From an uncultured Candidatus Kuenenia sp. (lineage in GTDB: Bacteria > Planctomycetota > Planctomycetia > Pirellulales > UBA1268): a stretch of 64,000 nucleotides of DNA. Shown here piece by piece: positions 16,653 to 27,035 of this stretch. The DNA lies in the NCBI GenBank assembly GCA_964498325.1, contig CAZCHF010000002.1, forward strand, positions 76,931 to 140,930, read 5' to 3'. How positions within the stretch are numbered: the stretch's first letter is position 1; each line of letters opens with the position of its first letter. The notes below the pieces were generated by a model. That model saw only the letters and a list, made by a program, of their open reading frames with translations, ran no database searches and was not told the DNA's origin. The position numbers and the translations under genes are program-made.

Positions 16653-16695
16653 GCAAACGAGTGTACCGGCGCTGGCAAGCCATTATCCAATGGCT

Positions 16696-17742
16696 TTACG
16701 GCTCGACGACCGCAAGGGCTTGGGCGATGCGCTGGGCGGCTTGCGCGACGTCACCCTGGGCCAGTTCCCTGGCCGCGACGTGACAATGGACGACGTGCTC
16801 GCCGATGTGCGTGGCTGGAGGATCTTTGTCCCGGCAGATCGTTTCGACCAGAGGGCAGCGGGGATGGAACCGGCATCCGCTCGGCGGATTGGCCGGACTC
16901 GGCACGTCACCCGGCAGCACGATGCGACCGCGACGCCGAGCCGGATCGACACGCGGCACCGCGGAAAACAGAGCGTGGGTGTATGGGTGGAGGGGCGCCG
17001 CGTAGAGCGCGGCGGCAGGCGCCTTCTCCACGAGCCTTCCCAGATACATGACCGCCACGTCATCGGAGATGTATTCCACGACCGAGAGATCGTGCGAGAT
17101 GAAGAGGTAGGTGAGCCCCAACTCCTTCCGAAGTTCCACGAGCAGGTTCACGACCTGGGCCTGGATCGACACGTCGAGGGCCGAAACTGGCTCGTCGAGG
17201 ACGATGAACTCGGGCTCGAGCACGAGCGCCCGGGCGATCGCGATCCGCTGCCGCTGGCCCCCCGAAAACTCGTGCGGATAACGGGCCAGCGCGGCAGTCG
17301 GCATGCCCGTGCGGTCGAGTGCCGCGGCCATCCGGCGCTGCCGTTCGGTGCGGTCGCCCAGGCCGTGGATCAAGAGCCCTTCTTCCAGTATGGCACGGAC
17401 CGTCATCCGTGGATTGAGCGAGCCGTAGGGATCTTGAAAGACGATCTGCATGCGACGCCTGAGCAGTCGCAAGTCGTGATGCGAAAGCTTGCGAAGCTCG
17501 CGGCCGGCGAACGTCACGGTACCGGCGGTCGGCTCGATGAGCCGGAGGATGCTGCGGCCCACGGTCGTCTTGCCGCAGCCGCTTTCGCCCACGAGCCCGA
17601 GCGTGCGGCCCCGATCGACGGCGAACGACACGCCATCCACCGCCCGCACGGCGCCGACCGTCCGGCGGAGAACCCCCCGTCGAATCGGAAAGTGCGTCTC
17701 GAGGTTGGTGACGGCAAGCATCGAGCCGTGGGGTTCACTCAT
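16696..17742 (-). CDS. Oligopeptide/dipeptide ABC transporter ATP-binding protein (OppF/DppF-like)
   Basis: Walker [18 protein letters not shown] signature, and the C-terminal Cys-containing oligopeptide-ABC extension ([10 protein letters not shown]). Confidence 0.9.
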   Translation of the reverse strand: MSEPHGSMLAVTNLETHFPIRRGVLRRTVGAVRAVDGVSFAVDRGRTLGLVGESGCGKTTVGRSILRLIEPTAGTVTFAGRELRKLSHHDLRLLRRRMQIVFQDPYGSLNPRMTVRAILEEGLLIHGLGDRTERQRRMAAALDRTGMPTAALARYPHEFSGGQRQRIAIARALVLEPEFIVLDEPVSALDVSIQAQVVNLLVELRKELGLTYLFISHDLSVVEYISDDVAVMYLGRLVEKAPAAALYAAPLHPYTHALFSAVPRVDPARRRGRIVLPGDVPSPANPPSGCRFHPRCPLVETICRDKDPPATHIGEHVVHCHVAARELAQGDVAQAAQRIAQALAVVEP

Positions 17743-18752
17743 GCGTCACCCACCTCCGGACGAGGGGCGCCAAGGTCACCGGCATGGTGGCACCGAACGA
17801 GGTGCTCGGTCGAAAACTCGCGAAGCGCAGGCATGTCGGTCACGCAGTCGGTCTCGCGGGCATACACGCACCGCGGATGAAACCGACAGCCCGCAGGAAA
17901 ATTCGCAGGCGCCGGCACCATGCCCGGAATCGCCGCGAGCGGCTTTCCAGTGCCAGTCGTGTGCTCGGGCCGCGCGGCGAGAAGACCGATGGTGTACGGA
18001 TGCAGCGGCTTGGCAAAAAGCTTTGGTGCTGGGGCTCGCTCGACGATTTTTCCGGCGTACATGACGGCGACCTCGTCGCACGTCTCGGCGACGACGCCAA
18101 GGTCGTGCGTGATCAGGAGAATCGCCATGCCGAGGCGCGTTCGCAGATCGGCGAGTAGTTCCAGGATCTGGGCCTGGATCGTGACGTCGAGGGCCGTGGT
18201 CGGCTCATCGGCGATCAAGAGATCGGGCTCACAGGCAAGGGCCATCGCGATCATCGCTCGCTGCCGCATGCCACCGGAAAGCTGATGGGGATACTCGTCG
18301 ACGCGACGTTCTGGGTCGGCGATCCGAACGAGTTTCAAGAGCTCGAGGGCCCGAGCCCGAGCCGCGGTCCGCGTGGCTTTGCGATGCAGCCGCACAGCCT
18401 CGGCGATCTGGCTGCCGATCGTGAAAACGGGATTCAAGCTCGTCATCGGCTCTTGGAAGATCATGCCGACTTTTGCCCCGCGAATCTGCCGGAGCTTCGC
18501 GTCGCCGAGGCCGACAAGATCAACCGACCTCCCTTCCATCTGCAAAAGAATCTTTCCGGCCTCGATCCGTCCGGGCGAGGCCACGAGCCCGAGCACGCTC
18601 ATCGCCGTCACACTCTTGCCGCAGCCGCTTTCCCCGACGAGCCCGAGTGCCTTGCCGCGCTCGAGCGACAGCGACACGCCGTCCACGGCGGGCACACGGC
18701 CAGCGGCAGTGTGAAAGGCAGTCACGAGATCGCAGATTTCAAGCAAAGGCAT
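17739..18752 (-). CDS. Oligopeptide/dipeptide ABC transporter ATP-binding protein (OppD/DppD-like)
   Basis: Start trimmed to MPLLEICDL at 18752, because the track's 92-aa N-terminal extension is a translation of the repeat element. Walker [18 protein letters not shown]. 4-nt overlap with the downstream ATPase gene. Confidence 0.9.
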   Translation of the reverse strand: MPLLEICDLVTAFHTAAGRVPAVDGVSLSLERGKALGLVGESGCGKSVTAMSVLGLVASPGRIEAGKILLQMEGRSVDLVGLGDAKLRQIRGAKVGMIFQEPMTSLNPVFTIGSQIAEAVRLHRKATRTAARARALELLKLVRIADPERRVDEYPHQLSGGMRQRAMIAMALACEPDLLIADEPTTALDVTIQAQILELLADLRTRLGMAILLITHDLGVVAETCDEVAVMYAGKIVERAPAPKLFAKPLHPYTIGLLAARPEHTTGTGKPLAAIPGMVPAPANFPAGCRFHPRCVYARETDCVTDMPALREFSTEHLVRCHHAGDLGAPRPEVGDA

Positions 18753-18790
18753 CACAACTTCCTCGGCAGCATCGGTCGACGAGGCTCTGG

Positions 18791-18917
18791 GTGGCCCGTG
18801 CCGGAGGCGACGGCGTAGAAAGCCGAGCGAAGCCTGGAGGGCGAAGCGAGGATTTCTCCGAGTGCAGCGACGGGCACGATGCCCGTCGCAAACGTCCGGC
18901 GCCCCGGCACGGGCCAC
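18791..18917 (-). repeat. Palindrome-ended repeat element, copy 3 (intercistronic in the opp operon)
   Basis: Termini GTGGCCCGTGCCGG / CCGGCACGGGCCAC. Inner hairpin GCGACGGGC-(5 nt)-GCCCGTCGC. Core in reverse orientation (GAGCGAAGCCTGGAGGGCGAAGCGAGGATTTCTCCGAG). Confidence 0.85.
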
Positions 18918-18972
18918 GCAGAGCCGGGACTTCGTGCTCGGCGTTGCGCAAGTGACATGCTTCCACCGCGTC

Positions 18973-20067
18973 TCATTTTTTCGCCTCGCGCAGCCTCGGG
19001 TCGGTCGCCTTCTGGAGTCCTTCGCCAACGAGATTGAAGGCCAACACCGTGAGGAAGATCGCTGTGCCGGGGAACAACACGAGCCACCACATCGTGAGGT
19101 TCGATCGCGCGTCGTTGAGGAGCGAGCCCCAGCTGGCCGATGGCGGCGGCTGGCCGAAGCCGAGAAACGACAGGCCGCTTTCGGTCAGGATGGCGGCGGC
19201 GATCCCGAACGTGATCGGCACCATCACCGGGGCCAGGGCGTTGGGAAGGATATGCCGGAGGATGATCCTCGATGGACCAGCGCCGAGGGCCCGTGCGGCT
19301 GTCACGAATTCCGACGACCCAAGTCTCAAAAACTCCGCCCGCATGAGGCGCGAGATGCCCGTCCAGCCGGTGAGTCCGAGGACGGCCATCATCTTCCAAA
19401 TCGTGGGTTTCTCGACGACGGCCAAGAGCGCGAGGATGAGCACCAGCGTCGGGATGCACATGACGACCTCGGTCACACGGCTCACGACCATGTCGACCAC
19501 TCCGCCGAAATACCCGGCGATCGCGCCGACGGTGATGCCGATCGCCCCGGCAATGCCCATCGAGACGAAGCCGACCAGGAGGGCCACGAGCGTGCCATGA
19601 ACCATCTTCGCGAAGACGTCCACACCGGCCTGGTTGGTGCCGAAGAGGTTGCGGGCATCCGGCCGGCCACTGGCGCGATCTGGGTTCGCAGGCAGCCCCG
19701 GCCACTCGTCCTTGCGGACAGCGCGGTAGGGATCCTGGAAGACCAGCGGCCAGATCGCCCAGCTCTCGGGGTCCTTCGTTTTCAGGTTCTGTGGATACTC
19801 ACCGCGGAACTTGTCGGTGGCGAAAATCACAGGTTCCCAGCCGCGATTGTAGTAGGCCAGGCAGGGAAAGTAGATCGAGCCCTTGTAGCGGCAGACGACG
19901 GGTTTTGTTCCGGCGATCGCAGGCGCCATGATCGCGACGGCCGCCAGAAAGCCCACGAAGACGAGGCCTGCCATCGCCAGTGGCATTCTCCTGAAGCGAC
20001 TCCAGGCCTCGGCCCAAAAGCCGCGAGGAGGCTTGTCCGCGGCGATAGTGAGGCCGTCGGCTTTCAT
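18973..20067 (-). CDS. ABC peptide transporter permease (OppC/DppC-like)
   Basis: Start trimmed to MKADGL at 20067 (ATGA overlap with the upstream stop). Typical BPD-transporter permease sequence (...[16 protein letters not shown]...[19 protein letters not shown]...). Confidence 0.9.
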   Translation of the reverse strand: MKADGLTIAADKPPRGFWAEAWSRFRRMPLAMAGLVFVGFLAAVAIMAPAIAGTKPVVCRYKGSIYFPCLAYYNRGWEPVIFATDKFRGEYPQNLKTKDPESWAIWPLVFQDPYRAVRKDEWPGLPANPDRASGRPDARNLFGTNQAGVDVFAKMVHGTLVALLVGFVSMGIAGAIGITVGAIAGYFGGVVDMVVSRVTEVVMCIPTLVLILALLAVVEKPTIWKMMAVLGLTGWTGISRLMRAEFLRLGSSEFVTAARALGAGPSRIILRHILPNALAPVMVPITFGIAAAILTESGLSFLGFGQPPPSASWGSLLNDARSNLTMWWLVLFPGTAIFLTVLAFNLVGEGLQKATDPRLREAKK

Positions 20068-21056
20068 CACTCGAGGCTCACACGAGGATCGACGAGGGCG
20101 TACAGGATGTCGGCCAGGAGTTGGCCGGCAAGCGTGAGCAGGCTGAACATGAGGGTGAGGCCCATGATCGTGGGGTAGTCCCGTTCCCGCAGGCTCTCGA
20201 AGAACAATCGCCCCATCCCAGGCCAGGTGAAAATCTGCTCGATGATCACGGATCCACCGAGGAGCGCCGGCAGCGAAAGGCCGAGCAGCGTGACGAGAGG
20301 AATGAGGGTGTTGCGGAAAGCGTGGTGCACGAGCACGCGAACCGGTCCGGCGCCCTTCGCCCGCGCGGTACGGATGAAATCCTGTCTGAGCACCTCTTGA
20401 AGGTTCGTGTTGATGAACCGGGAATACCAGGCGAGGCTCACGTACGTCATGCAGACGAGCGGCAGGATCGCGTGTCGAGCCACGTCGGCAAGCCATGCGG
20501 CTGTCGAGGCGTGTTTCACGCCGCTGGTCATGCCGAAGAGCGGCAGCTCCCAGGGGGTGCCCTCGGCATGGATCGCGAACGTGACCTGCAGCGCGAGCGC
20601 CGCGACGAAGGTGGGCACCGAGTAGAGCATGTAGAGCACCAGGCTCACGCCCCGCTCGTCGGGCTTGCCACTGCGGGCCGCCGTGTAGAGGCCCAGCGGA
20701 ATCGAGAGCGCCCAGGTGAGCAGGAGGCTCGAGCCCGAGAGGGCGAAGGTCGGTCCGGCGCGCTCGCCGATGAGCTGCGTCACGGGGGCCTTGCGGGAAA
20801 TACTCCGGCCCAGATCACCCTGGAGGACATTGGTCAACCAGACGAAATAGGCCTGATACCACGGTTTGTCGAGTCCATAGGCCGCGTTCATCCGCTCGAG
20901 GTCAGCCGGGTCGAGCCGCCGGCTCGGGTCGGTCTGGGCCACGACGGCCGTCAGTGGCGTGCCCGGGATCGCCCGAATGAGGGCATACACCAGAAAGGAG
21001 ATGAGGATGAGCGTCACCAGCCCCAGCGCCAGGCGACGCAGGAGGTAGTGGATCAT
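20067..21056 (-). CDS. ABC peptide transporter permease (OppB/DppB-like)
   Basis: Start at MIHYLLRRLALGLV (21056), 4-nt overlap with the SBP gene's stop. Motif ...FIRTARAKGAGPVRVLVHHAFRN... Confidence 0.9.
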   Translation of the reverse strand: MIHYLLRRLALGLVTLILISFLVYALIRAIPGTPLTAVVAQTDPSRRLDPADLERMNAAYGLDKPWYQAYFVWLTNVLQGDLGRSISRKAPVTQLIGERAGPTFALSGSSLLLTWALSIPLGLYTAARSGKPDERGVSLVLYMLYSVPTFVAALALQVTFAIHAEGTPWELPLFGMTSGVKHASTAAWLADVARHAILPLVCMTYVSLAWYSRFINTNLQEVLRQDFIRTARAKGAGPVRVLVHHAFRNTLIPLVTLLGLSLPALLGGSVIIEQIFTWPGMGRLFFESLRERDYPTIMGLTLMFSLLTLAGQLLADILYALVDPRVSLE

Positions 21057-23056
21057 GGTGCTGATCGCTCGAGGGGTTTCCACAGGCTCCCGAAGCCGGG
21101 CGAGTAGTGAAAGGGCCCGCGGGGGCTGAACACGTAGCCACGGAGATCCTTCGAAAACCCGTAGAACGAGTTGCGCCAGTAGAGCCAGGTGTAGGGTTGG
21201 TCTTCCCAGAGCAGTTCGTGGATCCGTGCATACTTCTCGGCCCGACGGGAGCGGTCGAGCTCGGTGCGGGCTTCCGCAAAGAGCCGATCGACTTCGGGAT
21301 TGGAGTAGCTCCCGAAGTTGCGCCCTTCGCCGGTGGCCCAGATGTTCGACGACGTGTCGGGATCGGCGCCGGTGCCCCAGCCTCCGAAGGCGGCGTCGAA
21401 TTTCTTGTCGAGCAGGAGTTGTTGGAGCACGGTGAACTCGGTCGGCTTGACGTTCACGCGAACGCCGATGCGGTCGAGGCTCTGCTGCAAAAGTGCACAG
21501 ATCTCCAGCGCGAGCGGTTGCTGACTGCAGAGCACCGTGAACTCGAACGGCACGGTCCGTCCGTCGATCTCACGATCACGAATCCCGTCGTTGTCGCGGT
21601 CGACCCAGCCGGCTTCATCGAGGAGGGCCTCGGCCCGGTCGAGATCCTGCCGATATGGCTCGATCGGTTTCTTCGTGGCCATCCACGAAGTGGGATGAAA
21701 GTTGCCGGTGCAGGGCGAGTAGAGACCGTGGCAGGTGGTCTCGAGCATCCGCTCGTGGTCGAAGGCGTAGCTCATCGCCCGGCGGACGCGGCGATCGGAG
21801 AAGAACGGGCCCTTGGTGTTCCACGCGAAGTGAAAGGAGACCCATTCCAGGTCGGTGGCCTTCGTGTTGCGGTCGTAGTAGTCGGAACCGCTCGTTTGCG
21901 TGGTCCACTGTTCGGGCGAGAGTTGCAGCTCGTCGATCTCTCCCTTCTTGAGGGCCAAGAGCGCGGTGTTCGGGTCCTCGATGATCCGGAAGCGGATCTC
22001 CTTGAAGAACGGCTTCGCTCGGACCTGCTTGCCGCCGACGGTATGCCACGACTCCCTGGCCCGCAGCAGAATCTCTTGGCCTCGCTCGCGTTTGACGATC
22101 TCGTAGGGGCCGCCGCAGATCGGTTTGGCTTCGAGCGCGACGTGCTGCGGCGAGTCCTTGAGCGTGGGGTCGTCTTCCCAAGTCTCGCCGTAGACATGCT
22201 TGGGGATCACGGGAAAATTCACGTTCCAGACATTCGTCGCGAGCGGGGCCTTGTGGAAGAACACGACCGTGCGGTCGTCGTAGGCATGGACACCGCGAAG
22301 CTGATCGGTGCCACTGCGAACGGCCGGAACCGGCACCCGAGGATCCATGATGACCGCAAAACTGAAGGCGATATCGTGGGCCGTGATGGGCGTGCCATCG
22401 CTCCAGACGAGATCGTCTCGGAGCACGATCTTGTCGAGCGTGCCATCGACACTGGTTTGCCATGAGGTCACCGTTTCCGCCGCGGCGAAGGCCTCGAGGT
22501 GACGGTCGAATGAAAAAATCCCGAAACCGGTCAGGCCAAGGACATCTTGCTCGGCGGCTGAGCTGGTCAGGATCGGATTGGAACTGTTGAGGTCGACGGC
22601 GAGATGCCGGTTCACGCGGGCATCGAAGTCAGCCTCACCGTCTCCTGGCTGCCGGCCGAGGGCGGAGAGAATCTTGGCGTTGTTATCAGCCGAGGTGTTT
22701 TCCAAGGCGAGTGCCTCGGTCGGGGTCGCGAGCTGCGGCTGCTTGGACAGTTCCGAGGCGAGTTCGGCAAGTGCGTCGCGGACCGGCCGGTCGATCCACT
22801 TGGCATCGCGGTCCAGATCGGCGAGGGGCGGCGCTTCAAAAGGTGACTCGGGCTGTTTGGCAGGCGGCTCGAGTGCGGTCCGGGAGCCTGGGTCACCCGG
22901 GGTCGTCGGCTGCGGCTGGTCCGGAGGCGTGAGCACAGGCTCCGGCTTGAGCGGTGGTTCCGTGCCCTTGCCTCCACATCCCGCGAGCCATCCGAGGGCC
23001 ACGCCTACGATCAGGCACGAGGACAGGCGGACGGACGAGCGCGGGCGTGCCGGCAT
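21053..23056 (-). CDS. ABC transporter substrate-binding lipoprotein, family 5 (OppA/DppA-like)
   Basis: Lipobox-like LAGCGG after a signal peptide. SBP_bac_5-like body of 667 aa. First gene of the five-gene operon. Confidence 0.85.
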   Translation of the reverse strand: MPARPRSSVRLSSCLIVGVALGWLAGCGGKGTEPPLKPEPVLTPPDQPQPTTPGDPGSRTALEPPAKQPESPFEAPPLADLDRDAKWIDRPVRDALAELASELSKQPQLATPTEALALENTSADNNAKILSALGRQPGDGEADFDARVNRHLAVDLNSSNPILTSSAAEQDVLGLTGFGIFSFDRHLEAFAAAETVTSWQTSVDGTLDKIVLRDDLVWSDGTPITAHDIAFSFAVIMDPRVPVPAVRSGTDQLRGVHAYDDRTVVFFHKAPLATNVWNVNFPVIPKHVYGETWEDDPTLKDSPQHVALEAKPICGGPYEIVKRERGQEILLRARESWHTVGGKQVRAKPFFKEIRFRIIEDPNTALLALKKGEIDELQLSPEQWTTQTSGSDYYDRNTKATDLEWVSFHFAWNTKGPFFSDRRVRRAMSYAFDHERMLETTCHGLYSPCTGNFHPTSWMATKKPIEPYRQDLDRAEALLDEAGWVDRDNDGIRDREIDGRTVPFEFTVLCSQQPLALEICALLQQSLDRIGVRVNVKPTEFTVLQQLLLDKKFDAAFGGWGTGADPDTSSNIWATGEGRNFGSYSNPEVDRLFAEARTELDRSRRAEKYARIHELLWEDQPYTWLYWRNSFYGFSKDLRGYVFSPRGPFHYSPGFGSLWKPLERSAP

Positions 23057-23149
23057 GTCTGGTTCCCAAGGGCGTTGCGTAGCGATTTCAGGCCGGAAGA
23101 ACCGGGATGCTACGGCCGCGACGGTCGGTGGGTCAACCGCGGACGAGGC

Positions 23150-24361
23150 TCAGGATGCCGGAAACCGATGCCCGAGTTTTTCACGCTTGGTCGCCAGATA
23201 CTTCTCGTTGTGCTCGTTGACCGGTGGCAAGATCGGCACCTGATCGACCACTTCGAGATCAAAGCCACCGTAAATGAATGCGTCGGTCTTCTTGGGATTG
23301 TTCGTCAGCAGGCGAACCTTCGTGAGACCGAGGTCTTTCAAGAGCTGAATGCCCACGCCGTAGTCGCGAGCATCGGCCTTGAACCCGAGGGCGAGGTTGG
23401 CCTCGACGGTGTCGAGGCCTTGGTCTTGAAGGGCATAGGCCCGGAGTTTCTCCATGAGGCCGATCCCACGGCCCTCCTGCGGCAGATAGACGAGCACGCC
23501 GGCGCCCTCACGACTGATCATGTCGAGGGCCATGTGGAGTTGGTCGCCGCAATCGCACCGCAGGCTGTCGAGCAGGTCGCCGGTGAAGCACGATGAATGG
23601 AGCCGCACGAGCGGCGCCGCCACCTTCGCCAGATCTCCGTGAACGAGCACGATCGGCTGCTGGCTTTCGAACTTCACGCCGTAGCCGATGATCCGGAACT
23701 GGCCGTACTTGGTCGGCAGATTGGCCTCGGCAATCCGCTCGACGAGTTTCTCGCGCGTGCGGCGGTAGCGGATGAGCTCCTCGATCGAGATGATCTCGAG
23801 GTGATGCTCGCGGGCCAACGCAAAAAGCGTGGCGCGGTCGGCACGGTTGCCTTCCGAATCGAGTATCTCGCAGAGCACCCCGGCTGGAGTTCGACCTGCA
23901 AGCCGGGCGAGATCGACGGTCGCCTCGGTGTGACCGGCACGCCTCAGCACGCCTCCCTCCTTCGCCACGAGCGGAAAGAGGTGGCCTGGCCGCAGGAAAT
24001 CGGTCGGCTTGCTTTCGGGATCGAGGATCGCGGCGATCGTGGTCGCGCGCTCGCCTGCGGTGATCCCCGTCTTCGAGGTCTTGTGGTCGACCGGAACGGT
24101 AAAGGCCGTACCGAGCGGCGTCGAGTTCACGTCGCACATCATCGGCAGTTCGAGCCGGTCCGCCACGTCGGGGAGGATCGACATGCAGAGCTGACCGCGA
24201 CCCTGGCTGATCATGAAGTTCACGATTCCGGGCGTCGCAGCGTCGGCGGCGCAGACAAAGTCCCCTTCGTTCTCACGGTCTTCGGCATCGACCACGATCA
24301 CGACCTTGCCGTCGGCGATGGCCGAGACGGCGGCGTCGATCGTCGAAAAACGGGTCGTCAT
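23150..24361 (-). CDS. ribBA: Bifunctional 3,4-dihydroxy-2-butanone-4-phosphate synthase / GTP cyclohydrolase II
   Basis: Start trimmed to MTTRFSTIDAAV. DHBP synthase motifs (DAEDRENEGDF, HTEATVDLARLAG) and GCH-II motifs (RLHSSCFTGDLLDSLRCDCG, YLPQEGRGIG). Confidence 0.95.
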   Translation of the reverse strand: MTTRFSTIDAAVSAIADGKVVIVVDAEDRENEGDFVCAADAATPGIVNFMISQGRGQLCMSILPDVADRLELPMMCDVNSTPLGTAFTVPVDHKTSKTGITAGERATTIAAILDPESKPTDFLRPGHLFPLVAKEGGVLRRAGHTEATVDLARLAGRTPAGVLCEILDSEGNRADRATLFALAREHHLEIISIEELIRYRRTREKLVERIAEANLPTKYGQFRIIGYGVKFESQQPIVLVHGDLAKVAAPLVRLHSSCFTGDLLDSLRCDCGDQLHMALDMISREGAGVLVYLPQEGRGIGLMEKLRAYALQDQGLDTVEANLALGFKADARDYGVGIQLLKDLGLTKVRLLTNNPKKTDAFIYGGFDLEVVDQVPILPPVNEHNEKYLATKREKLGHRFPAS

Positions 24362-24497
24362 CACGGGCTCGGGGGAGAGGGTTTGAAGGGAACAGGCGGA
24401 GGCATTGCTGCCAGCCGGAGCCTTCTGATTATAGGATGGCGAACCAGGCCGCCGATCGACCGACTCCCTTTTGGCCCGGCTGCTGCCGGCAGATTTC

Positions 24498-25352
24498 ATG
24501 CTCGACCGCGAGGAATACATCGAACAGGCCTATCTGTTCCGGTCGTTCGGGGAGCGGGTGACGGCAGGCATCGCCGCCCAGGAAGCCCTCGCGGCGATCG
24601 GCCAGGAAGTGCTGGCCACCTCGAAACTGCCGCTGGCCATCGGCTACTTGGTGAGTGAGCTGAAACTGGTGGGAACCCTGTCGACGGCACTCGCGCGACT
24701 CCCGCATTACTTCACCGCGTTCCAGACCTTCGTTTTCGCCGCCGCGGAAGACGAAGGGGGGCGGTTCGACATTCGCACGGCGCTGGCCATGCTCGAACGC
24801 GAGGCGACGTACCGCGCCGAAGGGGCCACGCCGCAAGGGCTGTTCTTCTATCGGTTCGAGTGCCTCTCGCGGAATCGGCTCGACTACGGTCACGGCCTGG
24901 CGGCCGTGGCTGACGACGACATTTTTGACGCCGACTGGAAATCATGGATCGAGATGGTGTCGAGGCAGGTGGGGCTCATTGATCTCGCCGACCTCGTGTT
25001 CGTGCGCAGCCCCGAGTATTGGCGGCTCGAGAAACGCGAGGCCCTCCTCGCCGGCAAACAAGAACCCGAGCCTGATCGACGGATCCTCTTCGGCGAAAAG
25101 GAGGGGCGCATCGCGCGGGCGAATCGAGGCAAGGATCCGCTTTTTTTCTTTGCTGCCCTTCAGCGTCAACTCGGCTATCCATCCATTCCACGGGTCAAGC
25201 CCGCCGCGCCCTCGGAGGAGTCGCCCGCCATGCTCGCCCGTCGGCTCGAGCGCCTCGAGATGCGAGTGAAGCTCCTCGAAGAAGAGGGCCGTGGCGGCAT
25301 CGACCTTTCCAAGTTCGACCCGAAGAATTTTCAGGTAGGACGGGACCGGTGA
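24498..25352 (+). CDS. Conserved-looking hypothetical protein
   Basis: The track ORF starts at TTG 24471; the first ATG is at 24498 (MLDREEYIEQAYLF...). Ordinary amino-acid composition. Divergent from ribBA. No family recognised. Confidence 0.55.
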   Translation: MLDREEYIEQAYLFRSFGERVTAGIAAQEALAAIGQEVLATSKLPLAIGYLVSELKLVGTLSTALARLPHYFTAFQTFVFAAAEDEGGRFDIRTALAMLEREATYRAEGATPQGLFFYRFECLSRNRLDYGHGLAAVADDDIFDADWKSWIEMVSRQVGLIDLADLVFVRSPEYWRLEKREALLAGKQEPEPDRRILFGEKEGRIARANRGKDPLFFFAALQRQLGYPSIPRVKPAAPSEESPAMLARRLERLEMRVKLLEEEGRGGIDLSKFDPKNFQVGRDR

Positions 25353-25398
25353 CGGTGTAGGGCGGGCCCCGGCTTCGACGAACCGGGCTACGGCTAGC

Positions 25399-26781
25399 TC
25401 ACCGGGATTTCTTCGTCTCGGATTTGTCCGACGAGCGCTTGCCTTGCACGGGCCAATTCGGATCCTCGACGTGCGCCTCGTTCATGATCTTCTCGGCCTG
25501 GGCGACGAGCTCGGGGCGATCCTTCGCGAGGTCGTTCGTCTCGGCGACGTCCTTGCTCAGGTCATAGATCTCGATGGCAGCGCTCGGGCCATTGCGGACA
25601 GCCTTGATGTCGCCAAACCGGGCGGCCTGAATCATTTGGCCTTCGTGCAGTTCCCAGTAGAAGAAGTCTCGCTTCGGGGCGGTCCCCCCTTCGAGCAGCG
25701 GGAGGATCGAGACGCCGTCGGTGGTGACTCCGTCGGGGAGCTTCGTAGCGAGAATCTCCGCACAGGTCGGAAGAAAATCCCAGAACGCCCAGGGATCGTC
25801 GCAGACCTTGCCTGCTGGGATGACACCGGGCCAGCGGGCGATGCAGGCCTGGCGGAGGGCACCTTCGTACATCCCGCGTTTGAAGCCACGCAGTTTCCCG
25901 CCCATGGCCTGGTCGAAGAGCGTGCCGATCTCGGAATGAGGGGGAAACGATGAGCCGTTGTCGCCCGACATGATGACGAGCGTCTTGTCGTCGAGGCCGA
26001 GGGTCTCGAGCGTATCGAGGATGCGACCGATGTCGGAGTCGAGCCGCGTGACCTGGGCGGCATAGTTTTTCTGGAGCGGCGTCCAGTCCTTGTCGGCATA
26101 GATCCCCTGGCTATCGATCTCGTGCCTGCCGTGCGGCAGCGTGATGGCGTAGTACAGAAAGAAGGGCTTGTCCTTGTTGGCGGTGATCCACTTCACGGTG
26201 TCGGCGGCGATCAATTCCTGGGCGTAGGTCTTGCCCACGCCCTTGCCGTTGTTGCCAGGGAGCTCGAACCGACGATCATCGTCGTAGAGATACGCAGGAA
26301 AGTAGCTGTGGGCGTGTCGCTGGCAGTTGTAGCCGTAGAAATGATCGAACCCGACCCCGAGCGGACTGCCGGTGGTGTCGAACATGCCCATGCCCCACTT
26401 GCCGATGGCGGCGGTGGCGTAACCCTGGCTTTTGAATAGGTGAGCGACGGTGTAGGTGCCCTTCGGCAGGGGGAACTGACCCTCGGGTTTGATCTCGCGG
26501 TTGGCCCGCACGGGGCTGTGCCCCATGTGCTTGCCGATCACGAGCGAGGTTCGCGACGGGGCGCAGACGCTGGTGCCGCAGTAGGCCTGCGTGAACCGCA
26601 TGCCTTCCCTCGCCATGCGATCGAGGACGGGCGTCTGGATGAGCTTCTGGCCGTAGGCTCCGACATCGCCCTGCGCCAGGTCATCGGAGAGGATGAAGAT
26701 GACATTGGGCTTGTCCGGCCGTGCGGCCACGGCCTGTGTCATCGCCAGGAACGTCACGACCAAGGCCATCGTCCATCGCAT
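25399..26781 (-). CDS. Arylsulfatase-family (formylglycine-dependent) sulfatase, secreted
   Basis: Start trimmed to [30 protein letters not shown] and the C-x-P-x-R-type motif [10 protein letters not shown]. Confidence 0.9.
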   Translation of the reverse strand: MRWTMALVVTFLAMTQAVAARPDKPNVIFILSDDLAQGDVGAYGQKLIQTPVLDRMAREGMRFTQAYCGTSVCAPSRTSLVIGKHMGHSPVRANREIKPEGQFPLPKGTYTVAHLFKSQGYATAAIGKWGMGMFDTTGSPLGVGFDHFYGYNCQRHAHSYFPAYLYDDDRRFELPGNNGKGVGKTYAQELIAADTVKWITANKDKPFFLYYAITLPHGRHEIDSQGIYADKDWTPLQKNYAAQVTRLDSDIGRILDTLETLGLDDKTLVIMSGDNGSSFPPHSEIGTLFDQAMGGKLRGFKRGMYEGALRQACIARWPGVIPAGKVCDDPWAFWDFLPTCAEILATKLPDGVTTDGVSILPLLEGGTAPKRDFFYWELHEGQMIQAARFGDIKAVRNGPSAAIEIYDLSKDVAETNDLAKDRPELVAQAEKIMNEAHVEDPNWPVQGKRSSDKSETKKSR

Positions 26782-27035
26782 GGTGAATCTCCAAAAACTG
26801 ACAGCTTCCAGGCTCGTGGGCTCAACCGCACGTGTGCTCGCGAGGCTTTGGAGTCTACAGGGGCCTTCGTTGGAACTCCTGGCTACGGTAGCCACTCCTC
26901 GGTTGGCACACAATCGTTTCGGTGTTGTATTTCGCTGCACGCGCGTGCGAATGACCGACGTTCTGCTCGTGCGTCGTTGGTTGTGAGGCGCCGTTTCAGG
27001 ATGTACGCTTCGATCAACCTTGGGAAAGATTCAAC

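Noticed and set aside
18753-19028. The 92-aa N-terminal extension of the OppD-like ATPase in the track ORF (17739-19028).
   Set aside because: The extension is the translated repeat element. The conserved ATPase N-terminus ([13 protein letters not shown]) begins at the ATG at 18752.
24362-24497. Possible FMN (RFN) riboswitch upstream of ribBA. A TATAAT is present on the minus strand at 24433-24428.
   Set aside because: The leader is only ~70-110 nt. I could not find the conserved RFN core (GGGCGGGGTGAAATTCCC-like, ...CCGGCGGT...). The TATAAT may be a promoter -10 box, but there is no riboswitch evidence.
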